This document shows, piece by piece, positions 1 through 13,109 of a DNA stretch of 64,000 bases. Location of the stretch: contig MU058584.1 in the NCBI GenBank assembly GCA_013265495.1, positions 6,724,407 to 6,788,406 on the forward strand, in the 5' to 3' direction. A program made the position numbers and the translations under genes. The notes under the pieces are model-generated. The model was not told the origin of the DNA and made no database searches. It saw only the letters and a program-made list of their open reading frames with translations. The stretch's first letter is position 1, and the number at the start of each line of letters is the position of its first letter. This DNA comes from Vicugna vicugna. Lineage: Eukaryota.

Positions 1-333
1 GTATTTGGACATTCTTCAGTAAGGCCTAACTTAAATCACCTTGCTGGTATCTTTCTAGGCAGGCTCCACACCGAGCAGACTGCACTTACAGACAGAAGAG
101 CATTCCTAACAAAATTTTGTCTGAAAATGCTAATTACATAAGCACAGTGGTTGGCTATAAATGGCTAGCATTTAGCACTGTGTGTGGGTTTAAATTACAG
201 TTTGTCTGGTCTCAACACTTCTGTGAACCCTTGACTTTATATTCCAAGTCCTGTAAAAGACAGAATTACACACGATGTTATAAGCTTCAAAGGTCTGTCA
301 CCATTGATTCTCTTCTTTTTTCCGGTAATACAG

Positions 334-413
334 GCTCAAACAGCTACCAGCCTCTGGGATGCATATTCAGGCCTATTAAGTAATCAAGCCATGATCCTGG
401 CCATGAATTCCAG
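334..413 (+). CDS. MROH9: MROH9 coding exon (window exon 1): AQTATSLWDAYSGLLSNQAMILAMNS(S)
   Basis: tacag|GCT...CCAG|gtataa; 80 nt, phase 0 to 2. Confidence 0.88.
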
Positions 414-869
414 GTATAATAAGTTTTAATACACTCTTATTTCACTTATTGAGTACCTTTAAAATGTAATAATATCACAAATGTCCAAAATAAAAAATTA
501 TTCCAAATTCCACCATCCTATTTCAGCAACTATTAGTTCTTTCTTTCTCATGTTCTTTTTTAATCTTTCTACATTGCATGGATAGGCAGATACTCTAATT
601 ATTACAAAATCATAAGCAGGTTACACATTCAATTTTCTATACCTCTTTTAATTTTTGCTTTGTTAATTTTTAATTTTTCTGTAAATTTACATTTCCATTT
701 TAATGGCAGCATAGTATTCCCAAATTTTGAAATTTTCTAAATTATATTTTACCAACCTTAGATAATTATCTTTGTAAATAAAAGACTGTATCTTCTATGA
801 AATACTTCTTCAAAATACCCTTCTGAGAGTAAAGTTATTGATTTAGTTGAAAAGCAACCATGAAAATGC

Positions 870-1165
870 CAATGCCCTGCCTGCTCTGGGAGATCCTCAT
901 TGGTCAACAGCTCCAGCCGTTGCTTATAGATCCACCAGCTCAGTCTCTGAGGCCTCAACTCCCACAGGTTGCTCCCACTAACGACCCAGCATGGTAGGAC
1001 AAATAACTCCAGTGGGTGACTTCAGCCTGAGGAGTCCCCAGCAGCCAGATTGAACCCTCCTTGGAACTTGCTGCAGTCCAAGACTCATCTTAGCCTAATC
1101 CTCCTTCTTTCTTTCTCTGCTTCTCTTGGAAATCTCTTCTGCATCTGTTTCCCCTGAACCTAAAG
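870..1165. mobile_element. Old ERVL-type LTR fragment (LTR16-like)
   Basis: GC-richer island in an AT-rich intron resembling recalled LTR16-family sequence; boundaries approximate. Confidence 0.35.
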
Positions 1166-2234
1166 TAATGCAGATGGGCTGAACCTTCTTAGAGCTTTTG
1201 ATAAATAGTGTCAACTTGAAATAAATGTTTCTTCAAAGCCTAGTCACCTAGAAGATATACATACATAGATACATATAAATAAAAGTAGGCGTATTATTTT
1301 ACAGGGTTCATGGAAAGGCTTGCTCTGAATTTTAATTAAATTTTTTTTGGTCTACCTAGGCACAGCATCCGAGTATCATGCTACTTTCCTAATCCCTGTT
1401 CATGACCTGGACCATTTTAGCATTTTAAGGACAGGCAATATGATTTCAAAGCACATTTTAAAACACTATTTTTTATTTATTCCTGGAAGCTTTTGATAGG
1501 TATCTGTTCAGAGTCTAATAATCCATTAGGTCACATGATTAAGTCAAATCAATCTTCCCAAAATTTTAAATATCTAACATATTCTAAGAGATTCCATTTC
1601 AAACAGTGGATACCAGATATTCAGATCTTCTTGTCCAGTAGAGGAAAAAGACTCTGAGTTCAGCACAAGATTTCTTACCTTACCAACTACATTACCATCT
1701 TTTAAAAAATATTATTATTTTCATCTCAAAAGAAATCAGGAGGGGCTGTTATCCAGATCACACCTACTGAAGGAACAATAGCTGTGTCTCAGATTGTCTT
1801 CCTAGCTGTTGATGGGAAGGCTTCTTTTGCCATCTACTGGAAGATATGTCTCAATGTCAGAAATATTAAATGTGAGAAACATAGTATCATGGATTCCATA
1901 AAATGTGGCAGAAATGTATTTCAGCTATCTAAATCTCAGCATAGCTTTATGCGCTTGGCTGAGAAGGTAACCACTCTTTACATTATTATGTCTTTGGAGA
2001 AATATATTCTGAATTCTAAATAACTGATTACAAATAATTTTTCCCCCAAAACAGACAAGCACCACTGTCATTTTTACAATAACATTTAAAGCCCACGTGT
2101 TATATAAAGCCAAAAGTTGGGCCTCATTTTCTAGTACACTATCTCTGAAACTAAGAAAAAGAAAGAAAAAGCCACCAAAGTTAGGTTGTATTTGTTCTTT
2201 CCTCAGTTTAATAATTATGCTTTTTTCTTGTCAG

Positions 2235-2370
2235 CTTCGTGGATCCCTCATTGCAATTTGAAACTCAACTGAAGATAACAGAGTCATCCTTTAAAATGGT
2301 ATTTTCTATACCAAGTCTTGACAAAGTGAAAGAAATAGGGAAGAGTGAAGATAAGCAAGAGGACCTGGAG
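2235..2370 (+). CDS. MROH9: MROH9 window exon 2: FVDPSLQFETQLKITESSFKMVFSIPSLDKVKEIGKSEDKQEDLE
   Basis: ttgtcag|C...GAG|gtgaga; 136 nt, phase 2 to 0. Confidence 0.92.
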
Positions 2371-2919
2371 GTGAGACATCACTACGCATCACAGCAATCC
2401 CCCAGAATGTCTGCCTAAAACTTGTAATCCTTGTTGTTCTCACCTTCACCCTTTTCAGATACAATAGATAAATAGCATATTCCAGCACTAATCCATACCC
2501 CTGGGCTCCTTGTGAATTCTACAACCCGTGAGATTTAATCAATTGTACATGGTTTATGGGAACAAATGGGTGAAGAGATTTCGGTTAATTTGTTCAGCAA
2601 GAACAGCAAGTTCACTGGCAAATGCTGCAAAGAAGGAAAGAGGAGCCGGGACAGGTGGAGGTAGGAAGAGTCCTACAGTAAGATTAGCAACATCTAGTGC
2701 TTCTATTTCTCAGCACAGCTGCGCAGTTCACTTGCCTACAAGGTGCAGAAGCATGTAGCGTTGGGTGAGATCTCATCTCCACAGCCACCTCCCACCTTTC
2801 TCACCTTCCGTTTATGGAGAGAACGCAGGTCCCCAGGATGCAAAACTATAGGCATTGGTAAAATTTTGTCTAAGGCTGGCTGGCTGGCTGGCTGGCTGTG
2901 TAACATTCTTGTTTTTCAG

Positions 2920-3006
2920 ACTTTATACCGAAGTATTTTCAACATATATGAGGACACTCTTCTGATCTTAGTGTCTAAAGACTTCTACAAACTGCAAATC
3001 TTAAAG
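2920..3006 (+). CDS. MROH9: MROH9 window exon 3: TLYRSIFNIYEDTLLILVSKDFYKLQILK
   Basis: tttttcag|ACT...AAG|gtaaag; 87 nt, phase 0 to 0. Confidence 0.92.
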
Positions 3007-3844
3007 GTAAAGGAAAATAAGTGGCTTTGTTTTCCTGTCATAAATCTAAAGAGGGTACTATATTTTACTCATTATTTACCATTTGCCATACTTAGATCTC
3101 CTTCAAGGGATTTGGCGACTAAAAAGATTTTCTTTACCTTTCAGAATGTGTCAATATCCCTCAAATGAAATCACTTCCCTTTATTTGAACTACAGAGACA
3201 CAATCTAAAGAATTCAATTTTGGGAGAATGGCATCAACAGACACTTAGGAAGGCAAGCGTTATGTAGCAATGTAAGAGTGAACACTACACGGGGTAACAG
3301 AGCATAGGATGAACGGCCTAAACAACCTTCGGGTTCAAGAACCGTGAACCACACTTTGATAGGGTCTGTATGCATGGTCTTCCCTAACAACCCAGGGGCT
3401 AGGGAATCCTGTGAACATCCTGTCTTCATGGATACCATGCTATCAGAGGAAGGTCTAACAACCATCCATAACCCCATTTTTCACATCCAAGACTTCACTG
3501 TGTTTTTAACGTCCCAGCCAGAGACACAGACTGATCTGAACATACCATGCTCTTCAATTTTGCACTGTTAACACGATGGCACCACTGAGGAACTAGACTG
3601 ACTTACTCTATCACAAGCATCTATGGGTTTTTGAAATCATAAAATACATTCAAGAAAAGAAGCAGAATTGTTATCTGTAAAGATAAGAAGAAATGTGAGG
3701 GATAATAAAATATACAGAGCTCATTTGTGCCTAATGTTTTCTGTGCATTTAAAAAAATTTTAACTTCACAACCTTTTAAAGCAGTTATTATTGCCCCGTA
3801 AGTATAACCCTATCCCCGTGTGTGCTCTTTCAGCCACCCTAGGC

Positions 3845-4065
3845 TGCTCACTGAGCATTCACCCTATGTCAGGCACTAAGCTGAATAATTACTAAGTGGG
3901 TTATTTAATTGAATCCCTATAAAGTAACCCTATACGAAAGTTAAAATTATTTCTCCCATTTTGCAGATAAGGAAATGGAAGCAGAGAGAGGAGCAGTAAT
4001 GTGTGCACAGCTATAAAGAGTGGAGGGGCTGCTCTAAGTTGGGAGTCCGTTACTTAACCACCTTG
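3845..4065 (-). mobile_element. MIR SINE
   Basis: cccattttgcagataaggaaatggaagcagagaga is the reverse MIR core; ctcactgagcattcaccctatgtcaggcact at its 3' end. Confidence 0.7.
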
Positions 4066-4975
4066 TTCTTGCATCTACCATGTCTAGAAACTCCCCTGAT
4101 TCTCAAAAAAGAGCTGAACTACACTGCTGGAAAAGGCAGAGGCTGACCCCTCTGAGATTTATAAAGTCTTCTGCCTTAGGAAATAAACTTCAGAACAGTT
4201 TTACACAAGGGGATCAAGTGAAAGGGAAGAGATTGGCCAACCATTGGCATAAACACTAAGGCCTCCAACAGTCTGTGTTAAGTCTGTTAACGGTGGCTAA
4301 GACGTGAGACATACGTAGTCTTCTTCCCTTTACAAGATTATAAATATGTCCCTGCAGCTCAGGATTTAGAGTAGGAAGAAGTTACAGCACAACAGACCAA
4401 ATCTAGCAATGAATCAAAATTAGCAAGAATTTTCTCACCAAGCTGCCTCCAGGAATGTACTCTAAACCATGAGCCAGAAAATATCTGGATGGTGAGTTCG
4501 TAGAGGAAATTCTGGGATAAGATGACATTTCAGGATCAGACAACATTTTGATTCTTTTTTAAAACTGCAAATCAGATCCTACGATTAAAAAAAAAAAAGA
4601 GGAGATATATACTTTGAAAGAAAAAGATAAGGAAAAGCAGCTGATGATAATTCCAAATCCCAGCATAGCCTCACGTTAAACTTTTCACGATGCCTGGAAA
4701 AGTGACTGTCATAGTGGATATTAGTAAATACTGGATTAGTAAATGTTGGGTAGAATTAAATAAAATAAAAGCCAGGTATAGTTATTATGGTAGATAATGT
4801 ACTATACTAGATGGTAATATACTAGCTTATTGTCATATTTTTGAAGTAAACATAGGTTAGGTGTGAAACCCTTGGGAGACCATGGGGGACCTTGATTAAT
4901 GATGATGAAGACCAGAAAGGGACCTGTGGAAATGGAAACACCATGGTTCTTGGATGATTATGGTGTTTTTAACAG

Positions 4976-5080
4976 GAAATGGCTGTGTGGATGAATGAAG
5001 ATAGTTCATACCTGCAGGAAAGAGCCATGGTGATCATCAGCAGAGTACTAAGCTTTGCATCCAGGAAAGTCAAAGGATAT
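4976..5080 (+). CDS. MROH9: MROH9 window exon 4: EMAVWMNEDSSYLQERAMVIISRVLSFASRKVKGY
   Basis: ttaacag|GAA...TAT|gtaagt; 105 nt. Confidence 0.93.
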
Positions 5081-7725
5081 GTAAGTCATAGACTAATCAT
5101 GCCAGCTGCTTCTGAAGACTGCATTCAGTGCTGCTTTCCAAGTCTTGAGTCTTGAGAGTGTTAGATTGCCTGTTTGGTATTGTCATGCTAGTAGGTTGGG
5201 GTACTGGGAAAAGACTCAATATCCTACATGACTTTATGTTAATTAGAGCACAGTTTCTCAAACAATTAATTAAGATGCCTCATGCTTTACACAAGCAGTA
5301 TGAGTGTGTCAATACTAGCTTTTTGCTGACTCACTGGATTCTCTTCTGTGGACCAGTGTTATCTGTAAACTTACAAATTCTTCCATCCTTACTTTCCCTC
5401 TAATTTCTTTTTCCTAAAACATTTTAAACCGTTACTTACTTTAAATTTGTACAGGTAATTTTTGAGTACTTTTATTGTAAAATATGCTAAAGATATAACA
5501 GAAGTCCTTCTTTACTATCTTCTCCACCCCAGTCTCCTGCTTAGCCACGTCTGTGTGATGTGTGTCCTGTCAAACAGCAGTCTGTATACATATCCAAATA
5601 CACACGCACATGTGGAGATATACAGCTTTGTTACTCAGTTTTTCTTTACTAAATTTGTATCATGTTTACATATGGTTCTGCAATTTGCTTTTTTCACTGA
5701 ACAATAAGTCCTACACATGTTTTCATAGATTTACTTCATTCTTTTAACTACACTTTATATCCCATAGTTTTGATGTCTTATGATCTACTCAACTGTTTTT
5801 CAGTTGATGAACATTAAAGTATATTTTGGCTTTTTCTACCTCAAACAACACAAAGATGGTCATCTCTCTGCAAGTTTGTGAATGTGTACTTAGAAATACT
5901 TAGAAAGATAATAGATCAGAAAGTATGAATAAGTTAAAGTTCAGTAGTGCACGGCTGACCTCCAGTTTGCAATTCCTATGAATATTAGAGTGCCCACTTC
6001 CTTCACAGACTTTTTAATTGTTTTGCAATTAGACTTTTTAATTGTTGCTTTTCAGATGCAGAACAAATAGGTACCTCATAATGCCAATATTTACTGAGGT
6101 TTTCTATGTTTCAAATGACACTATTGCCTGCCTTCTGATCCTCATGCTATCTCTGAACATTTCTCCCTCTTATGGATAATGTGTTTTCAGTCTCTGTTTC
6201 ACAACTTATCCTCTATTAATTGCATATCTGATTGCTTAAATCAGTTCAGGGGCTTAAAATAAAGAGGGTCAGAAATAGGCATTTGTGACGCTGTCTTCAT
6301 GTATCCATTTTCTACTACATGCACAGTGTCTAGACATATTGAAACAAAAAGCCTAGATCAGCCTTATAACATAGCTAAATTTTTATTGTTTTATCTAAAA
6401 TCAGTCTTGGAACATTACTGACATAGGGAAATCAGTCCATGGCATCCTTTGATCATGCTGATTCCCTATTTCAGTGTCCAAAAGAGAGACTGAGCAGCTT
6501 GTTTAAATCTTCTGATTCTCTGGACTGGGAAGGCAGCCTCCCTCAATTTCTAAGATGAGTTGGGATGTCCAAATTGGCATAGACAATTCTGCAAGTAAGG
6601 CTTGAGGGTAACTTTAGTTCACCCCTCCAGTCTGTGTTCTGCAAAGTTCCTAACATGTTTCACGCACTCAGCAAGTATTTGATGGTAACTATTCACATGC
6701 TTCTCTCTGCATTTCTAAATATATGTGTACATATATATACTTTTTATTGATATACCTACCATATATTTATATACTATATAAATAATATGTATATATTCTA
6801 GTGTGTTCCACTCAGGCTGCAGGTAAGACATTTGCGGGTTTCATCTACTTTTATCAACTCTTCTCTCTTTCAATTACGGTTGCAAAGTTAACTTTCCCCT
6901 GCACAAAACTCACTCCTCAACCATGAAAGAATAACTACGTAAATTCACCTGTGCAGCAGAAGGCTCTCGTAAATTTTCCAGACTAACTCAATCTATAACT
7001 GAGACTTGTTTGGGAAGCCAAGATAATCTGCTCTGCAATGTTTGCAAACTGCCGCCAGGTGGAAGCACACCAGCATTTCCCAGAAGGTGGGAACTAAGAG
7101 CTGGCTTCAACCAGCTTATCACAGTCATGGAAGCATAAAACTTTACTACATTAACTTTCTCTTTAAAATAATGGCTTCTAAAGATAATTAGGTCAGTGAA
7201 ATTAATGGAGGCAGGAGACAAGTATATAAAACAATCAAAAATATTATTAATAAGTAAAAAGCTGAGCTTTCCTTCTTTCAGCACTTTAGACAGATTTTCT
7301 ATAAAAGCAGGGCTATGTTGTATTAAAAGTTCCCAAAGCCTTGTGTCTGAGGCGATGTGACTGCAGTCGGCACACTTCTGAAGGGACTGTGCAGAGAGCA
7401 TAATCACTGTGCCCCACAGTTCACACAGCCTTACTCCTCTCTTGCCTCTCAAAGGTCGTGTCTCCCTTTCTCCTCAAACACACTAAGCAGTCTAGACATG
7501 GCCACACCACTCTGCTAAAGGCACACATCTAGACAGACCAATTTGCATCACTAGTAGTCTCCTTTATAAAGACACCTGCTAAGAGTTACACATCCACCAG
7601 TTCATTAGAAGGGATAACCAGAAAGGATGCTCAAGGCAAAAACTATAACACAATAAGACTTTAGAGTCAATCCCTGTAAATGATCCCCAGCTTCACTGAG
7701 CTAAGCTGTGAGAGGTACTCCCCTG

Positions 7726-8580
7726 GTTCTAGGTACTTACTCTGTAAGCATCTTTGCCATAGACATCTTTGCCAAATAACTAATTGGCCTTACGGCAATT
7801 TTTCATAAAAGATAAAATAACAAAAAATAAAAGAGGAACATTAAAAAGGATATAATAAAACACGAAAAATTAGTAACAAAATTTTAAATACTTTATTACA
7901 AAATACACAATATTTAAGTACATTGAACATTTATTTAAGTAGATTCATGGCAATCCTGACAAATAACTAATTTTATCTTGTGGGTTGTACCTAAGCACCT
8001 GTCTTTGAAGTCTTTTATTCATAGTATTACAAGTATTTAGCTTGTTGATTCGTCTCCTCATTCAGCATGGCACTTTTTCCTTTTTGCTAAAATGTCTTCC
8101 TTCATTAAGAGAGGTTTCAGTTTCTGAAAACCAGAAATGCATATTTGTAACTGAGCTTTGTGTTGCATTGTAAACATCTCTGCACTGTTTTTTGTTCTTG
8201 GCATCTTGTCACATGTGTGTTGACAGATGTTCCAAAGTTCTATGGGAAATGTAGGTTCAGCTCTGCACCTCCTAGGCCCTCAGCCTCTTTCTCCTCCAAT
8301 GTAGCATGTTTCAAAATTAGAAACCAACTCTTGGGGCAAATCATTGTCATCGGTCAGCTCAATAGGCCATCAATAAACTGCTGACTGGAAGAAATGCTAA
8401 CGCATTTCAACCAGTTGAAACCAAAGTGTCAAACCAAACTGTCAACTGGTTATTTTATGTTTTCTTGGCAAAATTGCCTTACAGCCAATTAGTCGTGTGG
8501 TAAAAAAAAATATCTGCAGCAAAAATGTTTCTAGCAAAGATGTTTATGGCCGAGAAGCTTGTGGCAAAAATACCAGATGT
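7726..8580 (-). mobile_element. MER99-like non-autonomous DNA transposon with a MULE transposase C-terminal remnant
   Basis: Inverted termini with 15-bp subterminal repeats (catctttgcc / gcaaagatg). Minus frame 8363-8172 reads IELTDDNDLPQELVSNFETCYIGGERG*GPRRCRAEPTFPIELWNICQHTCDKMPRTKNSAEMF. Confidence 0.75.
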
Positions 8581-9699
8581 GTACTCATACTCCTCCATCA
8601 TGCTGAACAGAGAAACAGAACACTTTGCCTTTTTTCCTTAAACCTATAACGAAATAGTGGTTCTTAAAAGCTTGCCATTCAATGGAAAAAGAAACTTGGA
8701 ATGCAAACCCAAAGAAGAGAATACCAAATGGAAAGTAAAACACTTCTCCCTAGGGCCTAGAGTAAACAGTGACCCCTACTGTCTGCTTCTAGACTGTCCT
8801 GAGTCATAGGACTCCTAAAATAGGGAGAGCCCCAGGTAGCCTTACGACGAAGTATCATCCACAGAAGCAAGAGATTATCTTCCCTTCTTCTACTAAGACC
8901 ATCACTCCTAGCATCCTAATACAGTTATACCCTTGGCCCATGACCCTGGTCACCTCATCTTCTTCTTCATGAATGACTCTATGTGTGTGTGCGTAAGACT
9001 GAGACAGACAAAGAGATGTGAGTGGGTCAAGCAATGAGAGGCAGGGATAAGGGTGCATGAGAGAAACAGAAAGAAGGAGAAACAGGTCTTGGGATCCCCC
9101 AGAAGGTTGACTCAGACTAATTTTACCACCAATCTTTACTCCAATCATCAAAGCATCTATCTAGGAAAAATAATCGCTTGTCTTACAGACAAGAAGTTTC
9201 TGCAGACCCACGAGTTTAACAAACCTACATGTGGGCAGAGTCCTTTTTGTTAAAAAAAAAAAAAAGTAATGGTACTCATACCGTCACAAAAGCAAAACGT
9301 TGATTCCATCCCTCCTGTTTTCTTTTATGTGCCTCCTCCTCTCTCTGCATTTGATCTGGCCAAAAAATTCAGTCAAGATGAAAACCTAAATATCTGAGAA
9401 GCCTATGTGCCAAGGAAGTTGTGGGGGCGGGGGGAGAATACATAAATGTTCAGGTAGTAACTTTTACATCAGAAGTAAATGTTCTGAGTTTTTTTTTAAA
9501 CACACACATTTCCTTGGAAAGAATCAGAGCAATTCTAGGAAGAAACGTCACATTTCTCCAGTGACTTACTGAGTCATCTGAAGTGTTTCATACATGGAGA
9601 AGGAAGCATGAATGTTTTTGAATATCCATCCCACATCCCAGTATCCTAGGAATTTGCTATGTATAAATGGCTACCTAATTTATAGAACAGAAACTAGTA

Positions 9700-9900
9700 T
9701 TAGTTGAGTCACTATCACTCCCAAGAACTTTGCTAGGAACTTTCTTTTTTGTCATAAATCTTACCCTCTTAATCCATACAATAATTTTTATGGGGTAACA
9801 TCTGTTACCTGCATTTCATAAGTGAGAAAACTGAGGCCCAGTAACAGAGCCAGGATTTGAATACAGATTTTGTGAACTCTGAAGCTCAACTCTAATACTA
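9700..9900 (-). mobile_element. MIR SINE
   Basis: cattttcataagtgagaaaactgaggccca...agagccaggatttgaa core. Confidence 0.7.
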
Positions 9901-9991
9901 GTCTGATATACATATATATATGAATCAGATACAGACATTTAATGTTGATGATGCATTGGAAACACATTTTTCTCCTTTGTTTTTTCATTAG

Positions 9992-10127
9992 ACAAGTGTT
10001 GATGCTCCATGTTTGGGTATCCTGGCAGCAGAACTGTCTCTTTTGTGTTCTCACACTGATCCCTCAATCACACAACAAGCATCCTTGGGAATGTACCACC
10101 TCCTCTGCATTGCAAAGTGTCAGAGTG
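9992..10127 (+). CDS. MROH9: MROH9 window exon 5: TSVDAPCLGILAAELSLLCSHTDPSITQQASLGMYHLLCIAKCQS
   Basis: tcattag|ACA...AGTG|gtaaga; 136 nt, phase 0 to 1. Confidence 0.93.
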
Positions 10128-11564
10128 GTAAGAAGATTACTAAGAATCTGTTCTTAATTATTCTACTTGTGGGTCCCAAGGAGGCTTTATGTCTGGATTT
10201 CTAAAATCTGTCCCAAGATTTATAGCTCCACTTTTTAAAATGTATTTTAAAATCTTTTTTTAGAATTGTAAAAAATATTATAGTTGGTTCTTCAATATCT
10301 GTAAGGTACTATACTTAAATTAGTGTTGTGTGTTTCTGGTGGAGACAGGAGTGTTAAGTGGAGATAGGGAAGAAAGAGAAGAAGAAAAATTACCAATGGG
10401 ACTTTTTAAAAAGAAGCATTTTTACCCTCTAATGGAACATTAAATAGAATACTCAGATTCTTGCTTCAGCAGTGGGAAAAAAATCAACCCAAGACTAAAA
10501 TTAATGCTGCTCTAGTATGCCTAACAAAAGCATAAAAACAAGACCTCGAAGTATCAAACTACTCCCAAGTACCTTAACAGATAATAGATTTCCCCACTCA
10601 TAATAAACAACTATTTAAAGATTATATATATTAATGGTTCTGAAGTCATTAGACATCAGATAACAAAGGACAATGATTCCTGAGACATGTGAACAAACAA
10701 ACAAATAAGGTGGAGTCTGCCATTGACTGAGTTTACTACCTAGAGTAAGTTTCTAGGCTACAGCCCAGAAAAGAGTAACCCAAGGGTCTCATCAAGTTGA
10801 AGAGACAGAACTGGAACCCAGAAAGGTCAAGATAATGGAGAGTTCACAGTGCAGAACCCCAGAAAGGAGTGCACAGAGAGAGAGCTCCAAAGACCTGCAG
10901 AGTCCCCTTTAACTATCCAGCTATGTGGTGATCAGCACACGTATGTGAGGAAACCACCTGATGTTTGTGATGGGGCAGGGGGGAACACCAAAAATGATTA
11001 AAGAGGAAAATTTACTGAATTCCAAAAGTCTAGGAATAGTGCCTATGCCTATGAGCTAGAATTTAAAACTTTAGAATTCACAAGTGATGTAGTAGAGTAC
11101 TCAAAAGGATTTGTCTCATTAGCAGGGAAAAATTATCCCTAAATTATTTGTTTTAGTGCCACTTAACAACGCTTAAAAACAAGACCCCAGAAGATCAACT
11201 GATATTCAAATACTTCCATCGCTTATCAGAACAAAGCTCAAGCTTACATCTAGGAATACAAAAATTCCAGCATTTGACAAGTTAAAACTAATGGTCTGAC
11301 ATCCAATAAAAAAAATTACTAGGCATGCAAAGAAATAAAATGCAACCCATAATAAGAAGCAAAATGAATTAAAAACGACCCCAAAATAACACAGATGATA
11401 GAATTAGTAGAGACAGTAAGGAGTCCATTTACTTAAGGAGTTAGATAAACATGCTAAGGAGAGACAAAGAAAAATTCCTAAAAGACCCAAACTGAACCTC
11501 TGGCTTTGAAAACTACAGTATCTGAGATGAAAAACACTCTGACAGGGATTAACAGTGTCATCTT

Positions 11565-12027
11565 TTAAAACTGAAGTATAGCTGATTGACAATACTATAT
11601 TAGTTCTAGGTATACAGCATACTGATTCAGTATTTCAGTGATTTCAGTATTCAGTATTTTTCAGATTATACCTCATTAAAAGTTATCATCAGATAATGGC
11701 TATAATTCCTGTTCTACATAATACATTCTTGTTGCTTGTCTATTTTATACATAGTAGTTTGTATCTCTTAATCTCATAAGCCTAATGTGCCCCTCCCCTG
11801 TTCGCTCTCCACCTTGGTAACCACTAGTTTGTTTTCTGTATCTATGAGTCTGTTTCTGATTTGCATATACATTCATTTGTATTATTTTTTTTGTTCCACA
11901 TATGATCATACAATGTTTGTCTTTCTCTGTCTGACAATTCATTAAGCACAATATTCCTTAGGTCCATCCACATTGCTGCAAATGACAGAATTCTATTCTT
12001 TTTATGGCTGAGTAATATTCCATTTAT

Positions 12028-12058
<31 letters not shown>

Positions 12059-12188
12059 CACATTCTTCCAACATTTGTTATTTATAGACTTTTTGATGAT
12101 AGCCATTCTGACAGGTATGAGGTGATATTCCATTGTTTTGATTTGCATTTCTCTAATAATTAGTGATACTGAACATCTTTTCATGTGC
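11565..12188 (-). mobile_element. 5'-truncated L1 3' end (cetartiodactyl-type), antisense, with 14-bp TSD
   Basis: TSD AACAGTGT(C/A)ATCTT at 11551-11564 and 12189-12202; minus-strand translation gives L1 ORF2 C-terminal motifs ([14 protein letters not shown]). Confidence 0.85.
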
Positions 12189-12663
12189 AACAGTGTAATC
12201 TTAAAGAGAGCCAGAGTGGGGAAAAAACACATTTCATTTAGCATAACAAAGGCAAGGATGACAGCAAATTTCTCATGAAACAATGCAAGCCACAGGCAAT
12301 GGAATAACCTAATAATGTGCTTACAGAAAAAGCTGTCATGCAGAATTTATCCAGACGTGCAATGTCCATTTAACATTTGAAAATCAACCAGTGTAAGATA
12401 CCACATTAACAGAAGAAAAGAGATGACCATATGATCATTTCAGTAGATACAGAAAAAGCACTTGACAAAATGCAACACCCATTCCTAATTTAAAAAACTC
12501 TCAGAAAACTAGGAATAGAAAGGGAACTTCCTCCATCTGCTAAGGTACATCTATGAAAAATCTATACTATCATACTTAATGCTGAAATACTGAATGATTT
12601 CCCCAAAAGATCAGGAAAAAGACAAGGATGTGCACTGTCATTACTTCTGTTCAACACTGTGCT

Positions 12664-12700
12664 GAATAGAATAGAATAGAATAGAATAGAATAGAATAGA
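12664..12700 (+). repeat. (GAATA)n pentanucleotide microsatellite
   Basis: About 7 perfect units seen directly. Confidence 0.95.
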
Positions 12701-13109
12701 GTCCACATATGTATGGTCAAATGATTTTTGACAAAGGTTCAAAGTCCATTCAATGGAGAAGGGATAAACTACAATAGATGGTGTTGAAAAGTTGGTGATT
12801 TATATGCAAAAAAGAACTTTGATCTATATCTCATACATACACAAAAGTTAATTCAAAATGGACCATAATACGATGTGTAAAAACCTAAAACTATCAAACT
12901 AGAAGAAATCTTTGTACCTTGGGTTAAGCAAAGATTTCTTAAATACAACACTAAAAGCATGACCCATAAATGAAAAACTGATAAAATCCTTCTCATTGAA
13001 AAATACTTAAGAGAATAGATAAGCCACAGAACAGCAGAAAATATTTGCAAATTACATATCTGATAGAAGGCTTGTATCCAGAAATTTAAAAGAACACTCA
13101 AAACTCAGT

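Noticed and set aside
2874..2897. (GGCT)6 upstream of an exon as a splicing element
   Set aside because: Short simple repeat; the downstream acceptor is strong and nothing supports a regulatory role.
6988..7452. 154-aa minus-strand ORF in an MROH9 intron
   Set aside because: Non-ATG start, no recognisable motif and no splice-supported partners.
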